The notes beneath the pieces are model-generated. The model had not been told where the DNA came from. It saw nothing but the letters and a program-made list of their open reading frames with translations, and ran no database searches. DNA of 64,000 nucleotides from positions 13,330,001-13,394,000 of the forward strand of contig OZ316775.1 in the NCBI GenBank assembly GCA_973851085.1, written 5' to 3'. Below, in pieces: positions 40,219-54,473 of the stretch. A program made the translations under genes and the position numbers. Position 1 is the first letter of the stretch; each line of letters starts with the position of its first letter. Source of the stretch: Ptychomitrium polyphyllum. Its lineage: Eukaryota.

Positions 40219-40573
40219 ATGGCGTTTGTGACTAGTGGAGTGTCTCGGACTTCTGACTTTGTCCTCTCCTGCATCAGTTCTTGTACATCTTGTACGGTAA
40301 TCTTGTAATTATCTTATTATAGAAATGCGTATCTACAACAGACTATATGGAAGTGATTTGTTTTTTGTTTGTTAGATCGCATCTCAGCAAAACATTCTCA
40401 AATTGTTGCTTGAGACGGAAGTTCTTGAATTCAGGCTCGACTTGCACAGGAGCCTTTACACGAAACTAGTAATATTCGACTCCATCTTCCTCACGTTCCC
40501 TTTAATAATATCTACTTCTGCTGAACCTTCATTTGGATCAACGTGTACACTCTTAACTCCAAATGTTGAATGA
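40219..40573 (+). CDS. Candidate two-exon small protein (91 aa), unknown function
   Basis: GCGATGGCG start. Exon 40219-40296 (MAFVTSGVSRTSDFVLSCISSCTSCT), a 79-nt GT..AG intron with a U-rich 3' end, then in-frame open exon 40376-40573. No recognisable homology. Confidence 0.3.
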
Positions 40574-43500
40574 ATACTGTGGTGTGGGAGCCACTGTGAC
40601 TCTTTGTTAGTTCCTGTGACTGGTTGGTTAGTTGGTCAATAGTGGGGCTTATGCAGAAAATCGTGCAGGGATTTGTTGAAGACATCAACCGAATTGAGTA
40701 GATATGATCAATCGACTTCCCAGGTACGCTCGTAGAGCTGCCTGTGTCCAAATTCAAGAGCTGCAGTGTTTGGATTGGCATGGGACGGGGTTACTTCCAA
40801 TGTGGAGGTCACAGACATATTTAACAGAATTCTTCTCTCGAGACATATTTCGTAAGTGGTTTTAAGCACACAAATCTATACACGGTCCCGTAATTCCTCT
40901 TAATGACCCGACCAATGCCGGCCACAAAGCCATTGAAGTTGTGACGGCCACGATGCGGTGTGCAGCAGATGTTAGACATGAGTCGTGCTTCGTATGAGCA
41001 TGCATACTGAGGAACGTTCATGACCAGAGAACATGCAATTCACGATAGCAAGTCAGAAGGTCAATGATAATGGAACCGCCAGAAGAATATCAAGAGTTTA
41101 TTCCAAGTAAAAGAGAAGCCTTTGAGCTATTGCTTCCTGGGTCAAGAAGCGAGGTGATCTGCAAGGAAAGAGTCAAGGGAGTGTACTATTCTTCAAGAAG
41201 TACAGATTCACATAGATGCGCGATAATTTCACAGGGTAGTATTGCTCGTGGCTAGGTCCGCCTTTGATTTCATCCAAGAAATTTGCAATTTGCCTCGTTG
41301 CTGTCTGGAAGCAAGCATTCCTTACCGACAAGTTATTTCAAAGTGAAGTCTCCGTGAAGTCAAATACCCTTTTAACGCAATTTCGCTACAACTAACAAAC
41401 ACTTACATAAGAATTGATCCTTGTTGGGAAGGAGCACCTCCCCAAATACATTTCGTCAGTGCGATGGACTATCAAGCAGTGAGAACAAGTGGTTAACAAA
41501 TATGACTGCTTCTTAGTGTTAAGTTGTGAATCCTTTTTCAAGACATCTGTGTACGTGCAGTACATGATTCACTGCTCTTTGTACATGACACAACTTCCTG
41601 TACTCTAACGAACCCTTTTGACCTAAAAGTACAAGTAGGTCTAGAATTTGAAAAAACCGATTTATTAGACATGTTTGTTTAGAATTAGCGTTACTTCTTG
41701 TGTTCCTTCTCTTATGCTTTCAAGGATACCACGTTCAGGTCTTCGCTGCAACTTCTGTACTGAGCCTCGTGTGACCCACCAGTCAGCTGCCTGCATCAGC
41801 GTCAAATCCACACAGGTACAATTAAATCAACAATACAATCGTCTCTTGATCTAATTCATTACTTGCAAAGAAGACAATTGTGCTTGTGACAGTTTCCACA
41901 CAAAACCTGTGTGCACCATGTGCCTTGAAAGGTTGGAAACCGACAAATCATTACACAACTAAAACCCTCTTTGAACTAAAGTTTACTGGTGAATATTGCG
42001 TTTGATACCAAACTAGGTCAGACTGTTTTGAAGTGGACAGTGAAACAGTTGACAAGTATGCTTACGCACACAATTGCTTACTAAAAGTTTACGAATGCCG
42101 ATGAGGTCATCCATTGCAAAAGTCTGATCCGTTGTTCCGGTACTACCCAAGGGACCTTTGGCAAGTGCAAAACAAAACAGAGTTCTAAAGATGCATGATT
42201 GGCATGATGTTCCCCTTGGAGTTGACTGGTCAATCGTCAAGGAAAGCTACATAAGGAAGTTCAGCGTTCGTTTGCAGAATGTTGTTTGCAAAACTCTTCC
42301 TGGAGAAGACGATTTGCAAATCAGTCTCCTTTCAGAAGGAGCTCACGCTCACGCTTCAACACACCCCACCACATGATCAACACCTATGCTTCTGACCTCC
42401 AGCAAAGTGAGAATTGAAAATTGAAAAGAACGCCAACTGCAAGAATCATTGCCACTTGGAACCAGGGAAGAGGAAGTCCAAATTCGAAGAAGCAATCTCT
42501 CTGGTCTCGAAGCAGTTAACTGATGAATCATTGTGTAAGGCCTCCGTATTTCTGCAACAAAATTTTAAGATAAATGCATGATTGAGGGCAACCGAGTCCT
42601 AGCCTGTTTAAAGATTAGAACAGGCGGTTCTGCCAATGCTCCAAGTCCAAGTCCCGGCTGCCGACGTAATGTTTGTGTTGAGGTGGAACTTTGGAAGTGT
42701 AAGGAGTAAGAATCTATACTACGTGTCATTGTTGGATACCGGAACCACAATTTTAACACTGGAAGTGCGCTTTGAGAAAGTTAGTGGTTTCACAATGTTC
42801 TAGATTCCAAATTACTGTGAGCGACAAGTGTGTAGAAGGTGTTGCTTCGGTCACTCTTTAATTGTGATGGGGTGTGTACGTTTATTTGACTTGGCCTTGC
42901 AAGGAATCTGTAACCAGCGGCTGTTGCAAGTGCCTCTTCCCTTGAATATACGTTTGGTTTTATACAATAGGATATTTTCAAACAAATACGCATCATTCAT
43001 GTTTACTTTAATATTTTTAAGATAATATTATATTTTGAGGAAAGAAAGGTGTTTAAAATGAAGTAAAGATACAAGAAAAATGTCTAATATATTGTGGAAA
43101 TTTAATTTGACTCAAGTCTATTCATCAATTCTTAATGGTTGATATAAATTTTTACAAAATTGAAAAGAACATAAATTGCATACATTTAAATTCACAAAAG
43201 ATAACTACCAATATATAAACAACTTGATAGCATGCTACATATACATTCCAAATTGCATAATGTTATTTAAAATAAGAACACTTTATAGAAGTATACATAG
43301 AATCTATGAATATGTACACAAATATCAAAGTAGGTTTTAGGATATTATATTAAATTTCAATCTATTAAAATTGCTCAAATTACAAAAGAAATCAAACCTT
43401 GATACAATATAATGGTCATATAAAAATTAAATGTTCAAAAAAGTTAACTTCTATTATATATATTACACTAAGGATACATTTTAAATCATTATAAGATTCA

Positions 43501-44089
43501 TTAAAAAAAATCTAAATATAATTATTTATATAAATGATATTTTATGAACTTCAAAGTTATACACACAAAAGGTGATAATTCATATTACTTATAATAAACA
43601 ATGTGACCATCAACGTAACACTTGAAAAACATTTTAAAAAAAACTTAAAATGTTATTTCGTTTTGGGTCTAAACTTGTAATTCAGTTAAAAAACAAAATT
43701 CATTAATTATGTGATTATTAAGACTATAATTGTATCGAAATTTGCACAGTAATACTACATTTCATAAAAGTTCACCACCTGTGACTGTTATCTTTACATT
43801 TCTGAAAACACTTTAAAACTAAAATTTAGGAATTTTCATTTAATTTTTAAACATTTAAGAAGCGGAAATTCTACAATGTATAGAAATAAGAAATTTCAAA
43901 TATAAAAATTTAGAATTCTGGAATACAAAATAATTGAATTTCTGTATACAACTTAAATACGAAAATGGAATTTTAAAAAAATTAAAATTAGAAATTGAAA
44001 TTTTAGAATCATACTAAATTTTATTTTAACAATGATGAGAATAAATAAGAAGGAAGGATAAGAAATAACTTAGACGTAGATAAATCACC

Positions 44090-44413
44090 ATGTCTTTTCT
44101 TCTTATCATTTCATCTTTTTTCCTTCTCTATCCATCAATTCCATTATAGTTTCTTTCTACTTTTATAATGCATCTCTTCATTCTTTTTATTCCACCACTC
44201 CATTTCTCTCCCTCTTTCTCTTTCCTCTGGCATCCCATGTTTTTCTTTAATTTTCTTTTTTATTCATTTTTCTTCATTTCATTTTATTAGATCAGTATTT
44301 TCTTATTCTTCCTCATAGTTCATTCTTCTCTACTTCCTTCATCCCTCCTCCATGCCCATATTCTTGTTCCTTCATTCTTTTCTTCCCTCCTCTCACTCTC
44401 TTTTACTTCTTCC
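44090..44413. repeat. Low-complexity pyrimidine (C/T)-rich tract
   Basis: About 320 bp that is almost devoid of G on the + strand. Confidence 0.7.
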
Positions 44414-47400
44414 AAACATAGAAGAAAACAAATGAATGTTTGTACTTTTATATAGCTTTGAGATTATAAAACAATATATGATTTGAAGCTCATTAAAAGA
44501 AACTATAATTTATAATATAAAATTTTATTCTATCCATTTACATTCAAAATTTCCATTTTAAAAAAATTGATACATTAGTTTATGTAAAAATAGTAATTAT
44601 TACAATATTATATAATTGGATTTTTTAATATTTTCTTATATTACTCAAATATATGTCATTGATGATTTAAGATTTTATGTCATTTGCACTAATTTAAACA
44701 AAAAAATTTATGTAAGAATCACTTAATTAATATGAATATTTTTGCTATTTTCAAAAATACAACATTTACTTGTATTATTAAAAATTGTATACAATTCACA
44801 GTCAAAATTATATTTCATTAACAATATTTGAAAAAATAATTTTTTATAATCTACTAATTAACATAAGATTATTTTTGCAGTTGATAACCTTAATTCAAGA
44901 ATTTAGAAATTTGTATTTTTAGTTATACAGCAATTCAATACAACTAGAAGGTTGTTTGAAAACCTAATTCCTTAGCCATCCAAATATTTAAGCATAATCT
45001 TGTCTTCTTCTTCACTTCATTGGTTTTAATAATAAAAACATATATTTCAATGTAAGCATATTGAACCATTCATTTAGAGCACATACATTAATTTGAGAAT
45101 TTAGAGTTTGAAAATGAATACACATCTATCATTTAAAATTAATTTAGATGAATTTTCAAAATACTCATTGTGACATTAGATTCACAAGATTTAGCCAAAA
45201 TCTTACTTTTGATTAATAACATTGAAATGATTGAGTAAAATAAAGAATTATATTATAATTCATAATATATTTTGTTAAATTTTAATCCATAAAAATGGAC
45301 GAAATTATCCAAAAGATTTAGAAGATATACATTGAATGAATGAATTCATAGACAAAATACATGACTAGATTTGTTGAGATGAAAGAAATTATTACAAATA
45401 TCACAACATAAACTATAAATCACAATATTTAAAAAAGTGTCATATCATACAAAATTATTATAACAAATTTGAAAAGTGTAGTATGCTAGAGTATATACTA
45501 CATTGCAATCATTTTTTATAATTTTTTTTTATTCTACACTAATTGTGCAGGTTTTTATAGAATTTCTCTTACATTGCATATAACACATGTAAAATAGTGC
45601 TTCAGAATTAAAGATCTTTTAGAAGTGCAGTATATAATAGAAGTTAGATACAATCCATGCTCTGTCACCATGGAAAAAAGTTTGAAATTTTTAATTTTTA
45701 ATTTTTTTCAACTTTTATATTCTGGTACAAGGGCGCAGCAATTAGCAATATATAAAAGAATCATGCTACAAATTATTTTCCTTCTGATTGCATGAACCTA
45801 CAAATATAAATATGTTTTTGAAAAAATTTAAAAATTATAATCATTTGAATAATAGGATATTATGAATATTTATCTTATTAATCATGAAAGTACTACCTAT
45901 GCATGTTATGTTACCTATCTTTAAAACTTTTTAAATCTCTTATTTTTTGATTTTTGAAGTTTTCAATTTTTGAAATAGAACTTGAAAGATAAGCAATATG
46001 AAAATAAGTTATTACCTTTCAAATTAAAAACCACATTTAAGCTTTTTCATATTTTTATCTTGCATATTTCTATTAAGACATATATTGCACAATATAACAA
46101 CTTTCCAAGTTATTGCTATCTTATCAAATAAATTAAAATTATTCCTTTTTAAATTAATTTATAATAAACAAAGACCTCAAATGTGATTAAGAAAATTCTT
46201 TAAAAATTCATCTTTAAAAAATTTCTTCAATTGTATCCTTGGTAATAAAAGTTACATATACAAATAGGGCAAAAATTTACATCTTTGACTACATTTTGTA
46301 CAACATTCTTTAACCATATGAGCCTACACATTTGACTACTACAATAATACAAGTAAGTCAAATACTCTACTATGTATAATGTTTGGTAAGAATGGAGTAT
46401 TGTTCTATTAGTTTTGATTATGATGCATAATTGTGTAGTTAAAATATATTATGTAAGTGAATATTGTGATGGTCAAAAAGCAATTGTTGATTGTCACCTT
46501 TGTATCATTCTCTTGTTAATTGTCCCTTGAGTACCTTTCCTAAAAGAATTTAAATCAAGATAGAAAATACAAGATACAAGGATAATCCATGAAGTAATTG
46601 TCATTAGAAGCATGTTATTTCAAAGCATTCATTAGTGGTTGTATTAACATCATTGCACATGGATTGCATGCATTGTATGGAAGAGCAATGTGTGAAGTTT
46701 CAAATTGAGATTAAAAAGTTGGCTTATCTGTAAGACAACCTCAAATCAATTCATCTCAAAACAAAGTAAAACCATTCTAAGCTACCTTTGGAGAGGTGCT
46801 TACAAGGCCTTATGAAGAATGTTATGTCATGCTATGGTTGGATTTTCATTTGCACTTCTTTGAAGAATTTGCAAATAACCCTACTACGTCAAATTGTATT
46901 AAGAATCAAAGTCATGGGAACTTCAGATGGTTTTCTAATAAGCTTGAAGGTATTAAATAACCCTTCACAAGTTTTGAATATTTGATCAGAGCAAATTTCT
47001 GGAATGCATCAGAGCAAAACTCATATTGTAGCTAAGACATTGTTTGCATGCAAAGACCAGACCTTCTTAATTGTTCAACAACTCAGGTTCTGATCTTGAT
47101 GTATAATATGGAACTTCAGTTGTGAGCTTCTTCCTCTTTCCTTAAAAGTAGGGTTTGTAAACCCTCTCACTTCCCCTTCAACTAAATCTCAATAAAATAA
47201 GTTGGTTACTTCTTTTTTATTCTCTTTTTTAACTTTCCTTGTACACTAGTTTCTTTTATTAAAATATAAAGACATTAGACTTATCCATCAAGTAGAACTT
47301 TCTCATCATGCATCTTTAGAGTATGTTTTTCTTACAAAGAGCAATCCCCTACAACTTATGACACAAGCATTAAAGCATGTTAGGTTTGAGAAAGTGATTT

Positions 47401-50103
47401 GGAAGAGCTTTGGATGCCTTAGGTGAACAAAGGATTGGCTTTGAGATCTTGGTTTGCATTGAAGAGGTCCAAACACCACAATTGCTCCTCATTATTCTTC
47501 AAACACACTGTGAAATACAATTTAGGGAGTACTTAATGGACAACTCTATTATCTGATGATTGTTTTTTATATCGGATTTGCATATGAAACCTGACCTCAT
47601 AATTGGATGACATGAGGCAAAGAGTGGATTGGGTGGATGCTTCCAAACTGGCCCTGAGGTGAGCTCAGTTTCAATCCAGGTGGATGAGTCCAAGCAACAA
47701 CCCTGTCTGTAAGTTCGATTCCACAGGAGATTTAGAAATTCTCAAGATGTGGCTGCTGCTGCCAGTAGAATCTTGTTTGTCTTATTCTTTGTCTGACTTA
47801 TTTCAATAGAATCCTCGTGTCTTGAAGGTTGTCAACTAGACAGACTTCAAAGTTCAAAGCTCCATTCAAATGTGCATGACACACTCCTTCATTCTTCTTC
47901 ATTTGATTTTTGTTGGTTGTCACTTTGTTTTCTTTCTGTTTTCTGTAATTTTTGCAAACCTAATCGCTTTCTTGACTCCTTCCTTCAAGCTTTTGCCATG
48001 TGAATCTTGCAGCTTTGTTGCTAGCTGTGAGTTTCATTGATATCCCAGCCAGGCAATTTACTTTGACAAACTTTGAGTTCTACACTTTGGCTTTTGGTGC
48101 TTTGCCTGCACTGGGGTCCTCCTGTAATCAATCACAACAACCAATGGAAATTCTCAATCAGTCATGTTTGGCTACCAATCCCCTTTTTCAGCTGTGCTAC
48201 AGACTTCTGCAGCATGTGAATGTGGAATAATACAGTCAATTTACACCATCTAGTGTAAAACTCACAGATGTGTGACAATGGAGGAGTGGCAGAGATAGTT
48301 CACAAGTAAGGTACTTGGGAAGGGCATTGATGAATCATCTAACTTAACCAGTGAGTTGCAAAGTCAGAAGAGAAAGCACCTCTTCAGCCATTCCCAAGCA
48401 GCAGGCTAATCTCATGGAAGGTGAGAGGTATGATTTTGCCAGACTGCCAAGATTCCTGAAGGCCTTACTTTACCACAACCACTTCCCACGCTTTGAATCG
48501 TACTGAGATAGATGGGGCAAGTGTACACCAGCTATATACATGTATCTAGTGTTGTCGTTGCACGTAACCATTCCCAAATACCTATACCTCTAGTTTCCAT
48601 CTGATGAAAGCATAATAAGGTAGTCAACCCCAAACTAATGTTTTTGAGTAATTTAGCATGATGCATACTCAAGTTAGAAATGAAGCCCCTATTTGATGAG
48701 GCACATATTTTAAAAATATGCTGTGGTTTAGACTTTGAAGTAGGCATGGTTTTTTAGCTGTGATTTAAAAGAAGTATGCTTCCAAGTAATAGTTATATGT
48801 ACTTAAAGTCATGAGAGAAAATAATTTACTGTTAGTAAAGATATTTGTTGTCTTACTTCACTTGTATGTTTTGTGTGGTTTCTTGATAAACTGGCAACCT
48901 TAGCTTTAGGTCACCTATCTTATTCCAAAATCTTTTATATGGCTAATGAAAGGCTAACAAAATTAAACAAGGACTTATTTACATTAATGTTATGTGATCA
49001 CAATTCAAAAAACATATTGAATTGAGTGTGATATATATTTCACCATATATTAATGCCTTTTGTCATTATCCCATGAAACCACTATCATTGTTGAATTGCA
49101 TTTTCAATATGAAAAATAACATCTTTTTAATTCTAATTTGGGCATGAAAACACTTGGGCTTCAATTCCTTCCATTCCTTCAACTTGTAAATCATCTAAGG
49201 TTTACCTTAGGATTTGAAAGACTAGAGATATGATAGATAACTAACAAACAAACCAATACATCTTGCTTCATATTGTATGTAAAATCAAACTTTCTATATG
49301 TTTTAATTATTGATATTGCAGCCAACTTAATATTTCATCCAGGAAGGTGGTCATGAAGGAAAAGCAGTGGACTCCTTCACTCCTGTACAATGAAGAGGGA
49401 AGAACAATTAAATCAACTTGTACATAATCGTTTCTTTCCATATCAGGTAAATGGCACTGCATTCTTGCAACTGCATATCAACCTCATTGGCAGGAAGCCT
49501 GGAACAAGGAAACGTCACAAAAGCATGTTGGATTCACTTGGTCCCTCCATCACTGAGCTGCTGCCACCAATTACTCAAAAAGTGAAATGAATGCAAATAT
49601 TTCAAATTTGTGCACTAACTGTAATGATATAATATAAAATTGATTAAATAGGCTCTTTACATGTGCAAAAGCTCAGAGTACTTAGGCCTATGTTCTAGCC
49701 ATCACATAATGAAGTCTCAAAGTTAATATGGTTTAAGGAATACAATCTAATCTAATGTAGGCAGTAGTACCTATTTGGTTCCAGATTACCACATGGACTC
49801 AAACAAAGCACAGCAACATAGTCTTTACTTACGGAATCAATTCTATGGATTTGTGGGATTGAAAGGAGTGAGCTGGTGTTTAGTATGAGGTGGAACAGAT
49901 GCTTTAGAAGGCACCTATTGATTGTAGATTATAAAAAAAACAGAGTATATGAAGACTCTTCAGCTTATTCAAAACTTCTCCACCAAGATTGACAATTTTA
50001 GGAATTTCGACCAAGTCTAACATCTTTTGAGTTTAAGAGAGGAATTTGTGACTTGGACTCACAAAACCTAGATTAGCAGGTTTACTCAGATTTCTGCCAG
50101 TGT

Positions 50104-50285
50104 GTGCTCTTGTTCTTTTTCTGTTTTTGTTTGTTTTTTTTTTTTTTCTTATTTTTTTTGGGTTTGTTGTTGCTTGTTGTGCTTCCTTGTTCGTTTGTTT
50201 GTTTTTTTTCTTTTTTTCTTTTTTTCATTTCTGTTGGTTGGGATACTCCACTTGGTTAGGATACCCCACTTGGTTGGGATACTCC
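50104..50285. repeat. T-rich tract followed by three copies of an 18-bp unit (TTGGTTGGGATACTCCAC)
   Basis: T-rich 50104-50232; units at 50234-50251, 50252-50269 and 50270-50285 (partial). Confidence 0.85.
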
Positions 50286-53200
50286 TCAGTGACTTGGTTT
50301 AATGCATGTTTCTTTCATTATCAGTTGGAAAAATGTCTGGTTGTTGCAAAAAAGTTTAAAAATCCACAGATTGCAATATTGCTTACAAATATCTTCAGAA
50401 GTAAATATATGTAACATCTCATAAACAAAGAAGCTTAAGAACACACATCAGTCATAATCTTGATAACAACTATCCTTGCATTTTATACAACAAATGCATA
50501 GAGTCATGGGATAATTGATATTGTCATATCAAAGAGGCTATTATTATGCCAAACATAAGCATGGAATACAGTTACTGTTGGTGTACAGGGAAGTGATAAA
50601 GATAATGATGCCTACTAGATTCTTTGATTTTGATCCATTAAGGATATTTAAATGGAAGATGATTTCTACACAAGATGTCTTTTAAAATTTTGCTTCATTT
50701 TCAAGATGAATAGTATGTCAAAAGAATTAAATTTTTTCCCCTTAGTTATGGTATACATTCAAGAAAAACTATTTATGATAAGAATAAAATTTATTTTCAA
50801 TCATGTACAATTTTTTTTAGTATTTCCTTAAATATGTGATGTGCAATGAAATTTGAACTATTGAATACATGGAGAGATGCTCCATCTTAACAAAATTATG
50901 GCTTAAACATTTAGGTATCACTATCATTAGAAACTATTTGCAACAAAATATTATTTCAACAATTTTTTTCAATTTTCCTTTCAATATATGTAGGTAGCCA
51001 TATGTGTGGTTTAGTTGAGATTTTGAAGAACTTCTTAGCTAAGAAGTATTCAAAGCAAAATTGCACATAAAGACTTAACTGAACCAACAAAAATAAATTT
51101 CAACCGTAGGCTTCCATTAATAGATTTTTTTCAACTATGGCTCTTATAATTGAATGAGATTTTTTGTTCCTTTGTAAGACAATGCTTTCTTCTGTTCTTC
51201 AAAACATTCTTACATTCAATTGCTATTCTTTTGTGATATGTAATTAAAAATTTAATTGAGAGGTTGAAAACAACCAATTCACATGTAGAAACACTCAACC
51301 ATGGTTGAAAAAATTTCAACCTCAATTCCAATTGAATGGTGCGTGTGGAACCTGTAAAGATTCTCTCTCATTTGAAATTGTGATTGACTTCAAATTCCAA
51401 AATTTAAATGACTTAATTGATTTTAGGTATAAAAATTAGTTGAAAATCATTATTTTAAACGTTTACAATAGAATGCCGCTTGAATTTTTCTAAATTTCAA
51501 TTAAAGTATAAAAATAAACAATTCCAAAAAAATATAAATCGAATTCATGGCATTACCAAAAATTAATGACAGGGATATGTTTTATATGTGTTTGACGTAT
51601 ATGCACATACTAACTAGTCTGTAAGTTTCTTTGTCAAAATTGGATGAATTTCCATAAAAAATTCTGAAATTAAATTAGAGCTTTGCTGCTACTCAAAACT
51701 ATTCACAATAATTTCATTTAAAATTGATGTAATTTTTAAATGATAATTTGCAAAAGAGAATTTTTTGTGTGACCAACTTTTAATAAAATAAAATATATAC
51801 ATCCAAAATTCCTTGCCAAAGACTTTTTTTCCAATTACATGCAAATTTTTATAGATAAGTTTGAACTACATTATTCTCAATGCATTGATATTTTCTATTG
51901 TTAATGCTTTTAAAGTTGATAAATTCATTTTTGCAAAGCTGCTTTTTCTAATAAGTTTTTGGCCTTTATATGGTACCAAGTTATTAATGATAGGAAATTC
52001 AAACATCTAACTTTTGGATATTCACATTGTTAAGTATTTAATAACAAACTTAATAAATTGTAGGAAAATTTTGAGATAATTAAAAATTATTAATTCAAAT
52101 CAAACAATTAGACATGAACTATTTGGTGTATATTATATGAATGTATGAATAACTAAAGTTCCAATTAAATAAGTGAAGGTCTTTCAAAAATGTATAATAA
52201 TAATATTTTTGATGTAATGGTATTTAATGCAAGTCTATGTCTTAAGAGTCAAGTCTTAAGCAAAGTTTCAATTAATGTGTGCATATTGACAAATAGAATA
52301 AATTTATAAGGCTTTTTTACAAAAAAATTAAAATTACTAAAAATTAATCATGAACTAAATTACAACAATACAAAATTTAAAGCCAATTTTTACCACAATC
52401 ATAAACTAAATTATAATGAGATTCAAAAAAAATTCCACAATTTCATTAGAATGGGATTGTTTTTCCATGAATTTAGCAATCTAAAATTCACTAACATGTA
52501 ACAACTTAGCAAAAACACTCTTAATAATTAATTTCTTTTAAAGTAATAATATAAAAATGATGGTATATAATTATAAGTTGAAAACTTCAAAGTAATAAAA
52601 AAAAAAGTAAATTTGTGCATATGAATATAAATAGTTTTTTTTACTTATAAATATCCATGATTCTATTAAATTAATTTAATAATATACAAATGTCTTTTAT
52701 CATTAGAATATTGACATACGATGTATTCTCTTAAATTTATAACATCTAGATGTTATAAATGTGCAAAAAATCTTTGTTTGATTAAGTATATTTTGTTTCT
52801 CATCCATTCAAATTTTTCTTTGATGTTTGAAAATAGCCTAAAAGTTGTAAGGCATAAACCTTAAAACCAAACAAAAATAGATTTATCAAAAGTAGAAAAT
52901 TTGTAGGTTAATTTTGAATTAATTATAATATTAAAAAATAAATATTTTGAAGATAATTTTGAAAATAAGATAGATCATTATTATATAATTTAAGCATCGT
53001 AGTATTTTGATCAACTACATAAAAATTCAAAATGAAAATGTCAACAGTTGATTAATAATGAATTTTGAAGAAAATCATCATTTTTTGAAATCCTAATTAA
53101 ATAAGTTTTAAATGATTCACTATGATACAAAATTTTAAGCCAATTTACATAATTACATTTGGATTTCAGCATCTTTCCATGACTTTAGTTGTATAAAGTT

Positions 53201-54413
53201 CATTCAAACATTAAGATTTAGTAAAATCCATTTTTTATCATTGTTAGTTCAGATTAATTAATATTTCTACCTCAAAGTTCATCTAGAACATTAAAGTGTA
53301 TCAGGTTAGGTATTTTGCCTTGATTTTAAAATTAGGATTTTATAAAGCTTTTTTTACTGCATTTGCGAATTTATAATGAGAATAAATTTAGCTTATAGAC
53401 TTCGGGTTAATTTTTTCATTGTAACTTCTATCTTTTCAAAAAAATCAAATTTTAAAATGATTTTGAGTAGTAGATAAGATTTTTACATACCAAACATTCA
53501 AATTGATAGATTTATAATATTTCTAGTTTTAGAAATTTTGTGCTACCAAATTTGGTTTATGTTTAGGCAACATAGATAAGATCCTTTAAAAAAAACTGTA
53601 CCAATAGAATTTATTTTATTTCTATAAAGTAGTTTCAAAGTATACATAAGTATGAAAATGTCCAAAAAACATTTTCCTCTATTATTACTAAAATTGATAA
53701 CTACTACAATAATATTTCTCACTTATATAAACACATCTATATTTTGGAAAATATCATTAGTTTGTAATAAAGATAAACCTATAAAATCAATGCACATGCT
53801 TTAATAGGACAAAATTTCCTGCAATACAAATCATTAAATATATTAAACTTTCCTACCATATATATTATATTAAAGCAAATTGCAAATTCTGATTTTGCTA
53901 GAATTTATTTAGTCAACCTTTATTCTAAAATATCACATAAACATCCATATGTCAATATGCTATATATCATTATCAAAGACAATTGATATACACATAAAGT
54001 GAATTATAAGCCATAATTATAATAGATCATATCAAAAAAATGAATTTGTGCACCGTGCATGATTTCAAGATTCTTCATTGATGCACTAAACTTTAGCTGG
54101 TGTGTATCAACTTATTAAAAAATCCACAGTAAGTGATCTAAACAAGTAGTAAAAAATATGGAGGATTTGGAAACTTATATTGGAAGCTTTAAGTTGTTGT
54201 ATCAATGTGGCCTTATGGCCATTGAATATCATAGTATATGCCTATTAGTTCATTTGTATGCTTATTACTTACTATGGTGCATATTATTTTAGAAAACAGT
54301 CTCACATATAGTAGGTGCAAATAATTTCAATGTTGTGCACATTGTTGGATGGACTTAACTATCAAGTCATTTTAATATGTAGAAATTTGATATTTTCACC
54401 TATTCTTTTATTG

Positions 54414-54473
54414 AAAGTCATCAAATTAAATTAAAGTGAATGCATGAAGGTGTGAATTTAATTTGATGACTTT
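54414..54473. repeat. Perfect 19-bp inverted repeat with a 22-nt spacer
   Basis: AAAGTCATCAAATTAAATT (54414-54432) and AATTTAATTTGATGACTTT (54455-54473). Confidence 0.9.

Noticed and set aside
42461..42481. miR408-complementary-looking site (ACCAGGGAAGAGGAAGTCCAA), plus a 12-nt miR408-like match near 42931
   Set aside because: Two mismatches fall in the miRNA 5' region, there is no precursor hairpin, and purine-rich sequence makes chance matches likely.
50100..50414. Hydrophobic Phe-rich 104-aa membrane protein ORF
   Set aside because: Artefact of the T-rich low-complexity tract.
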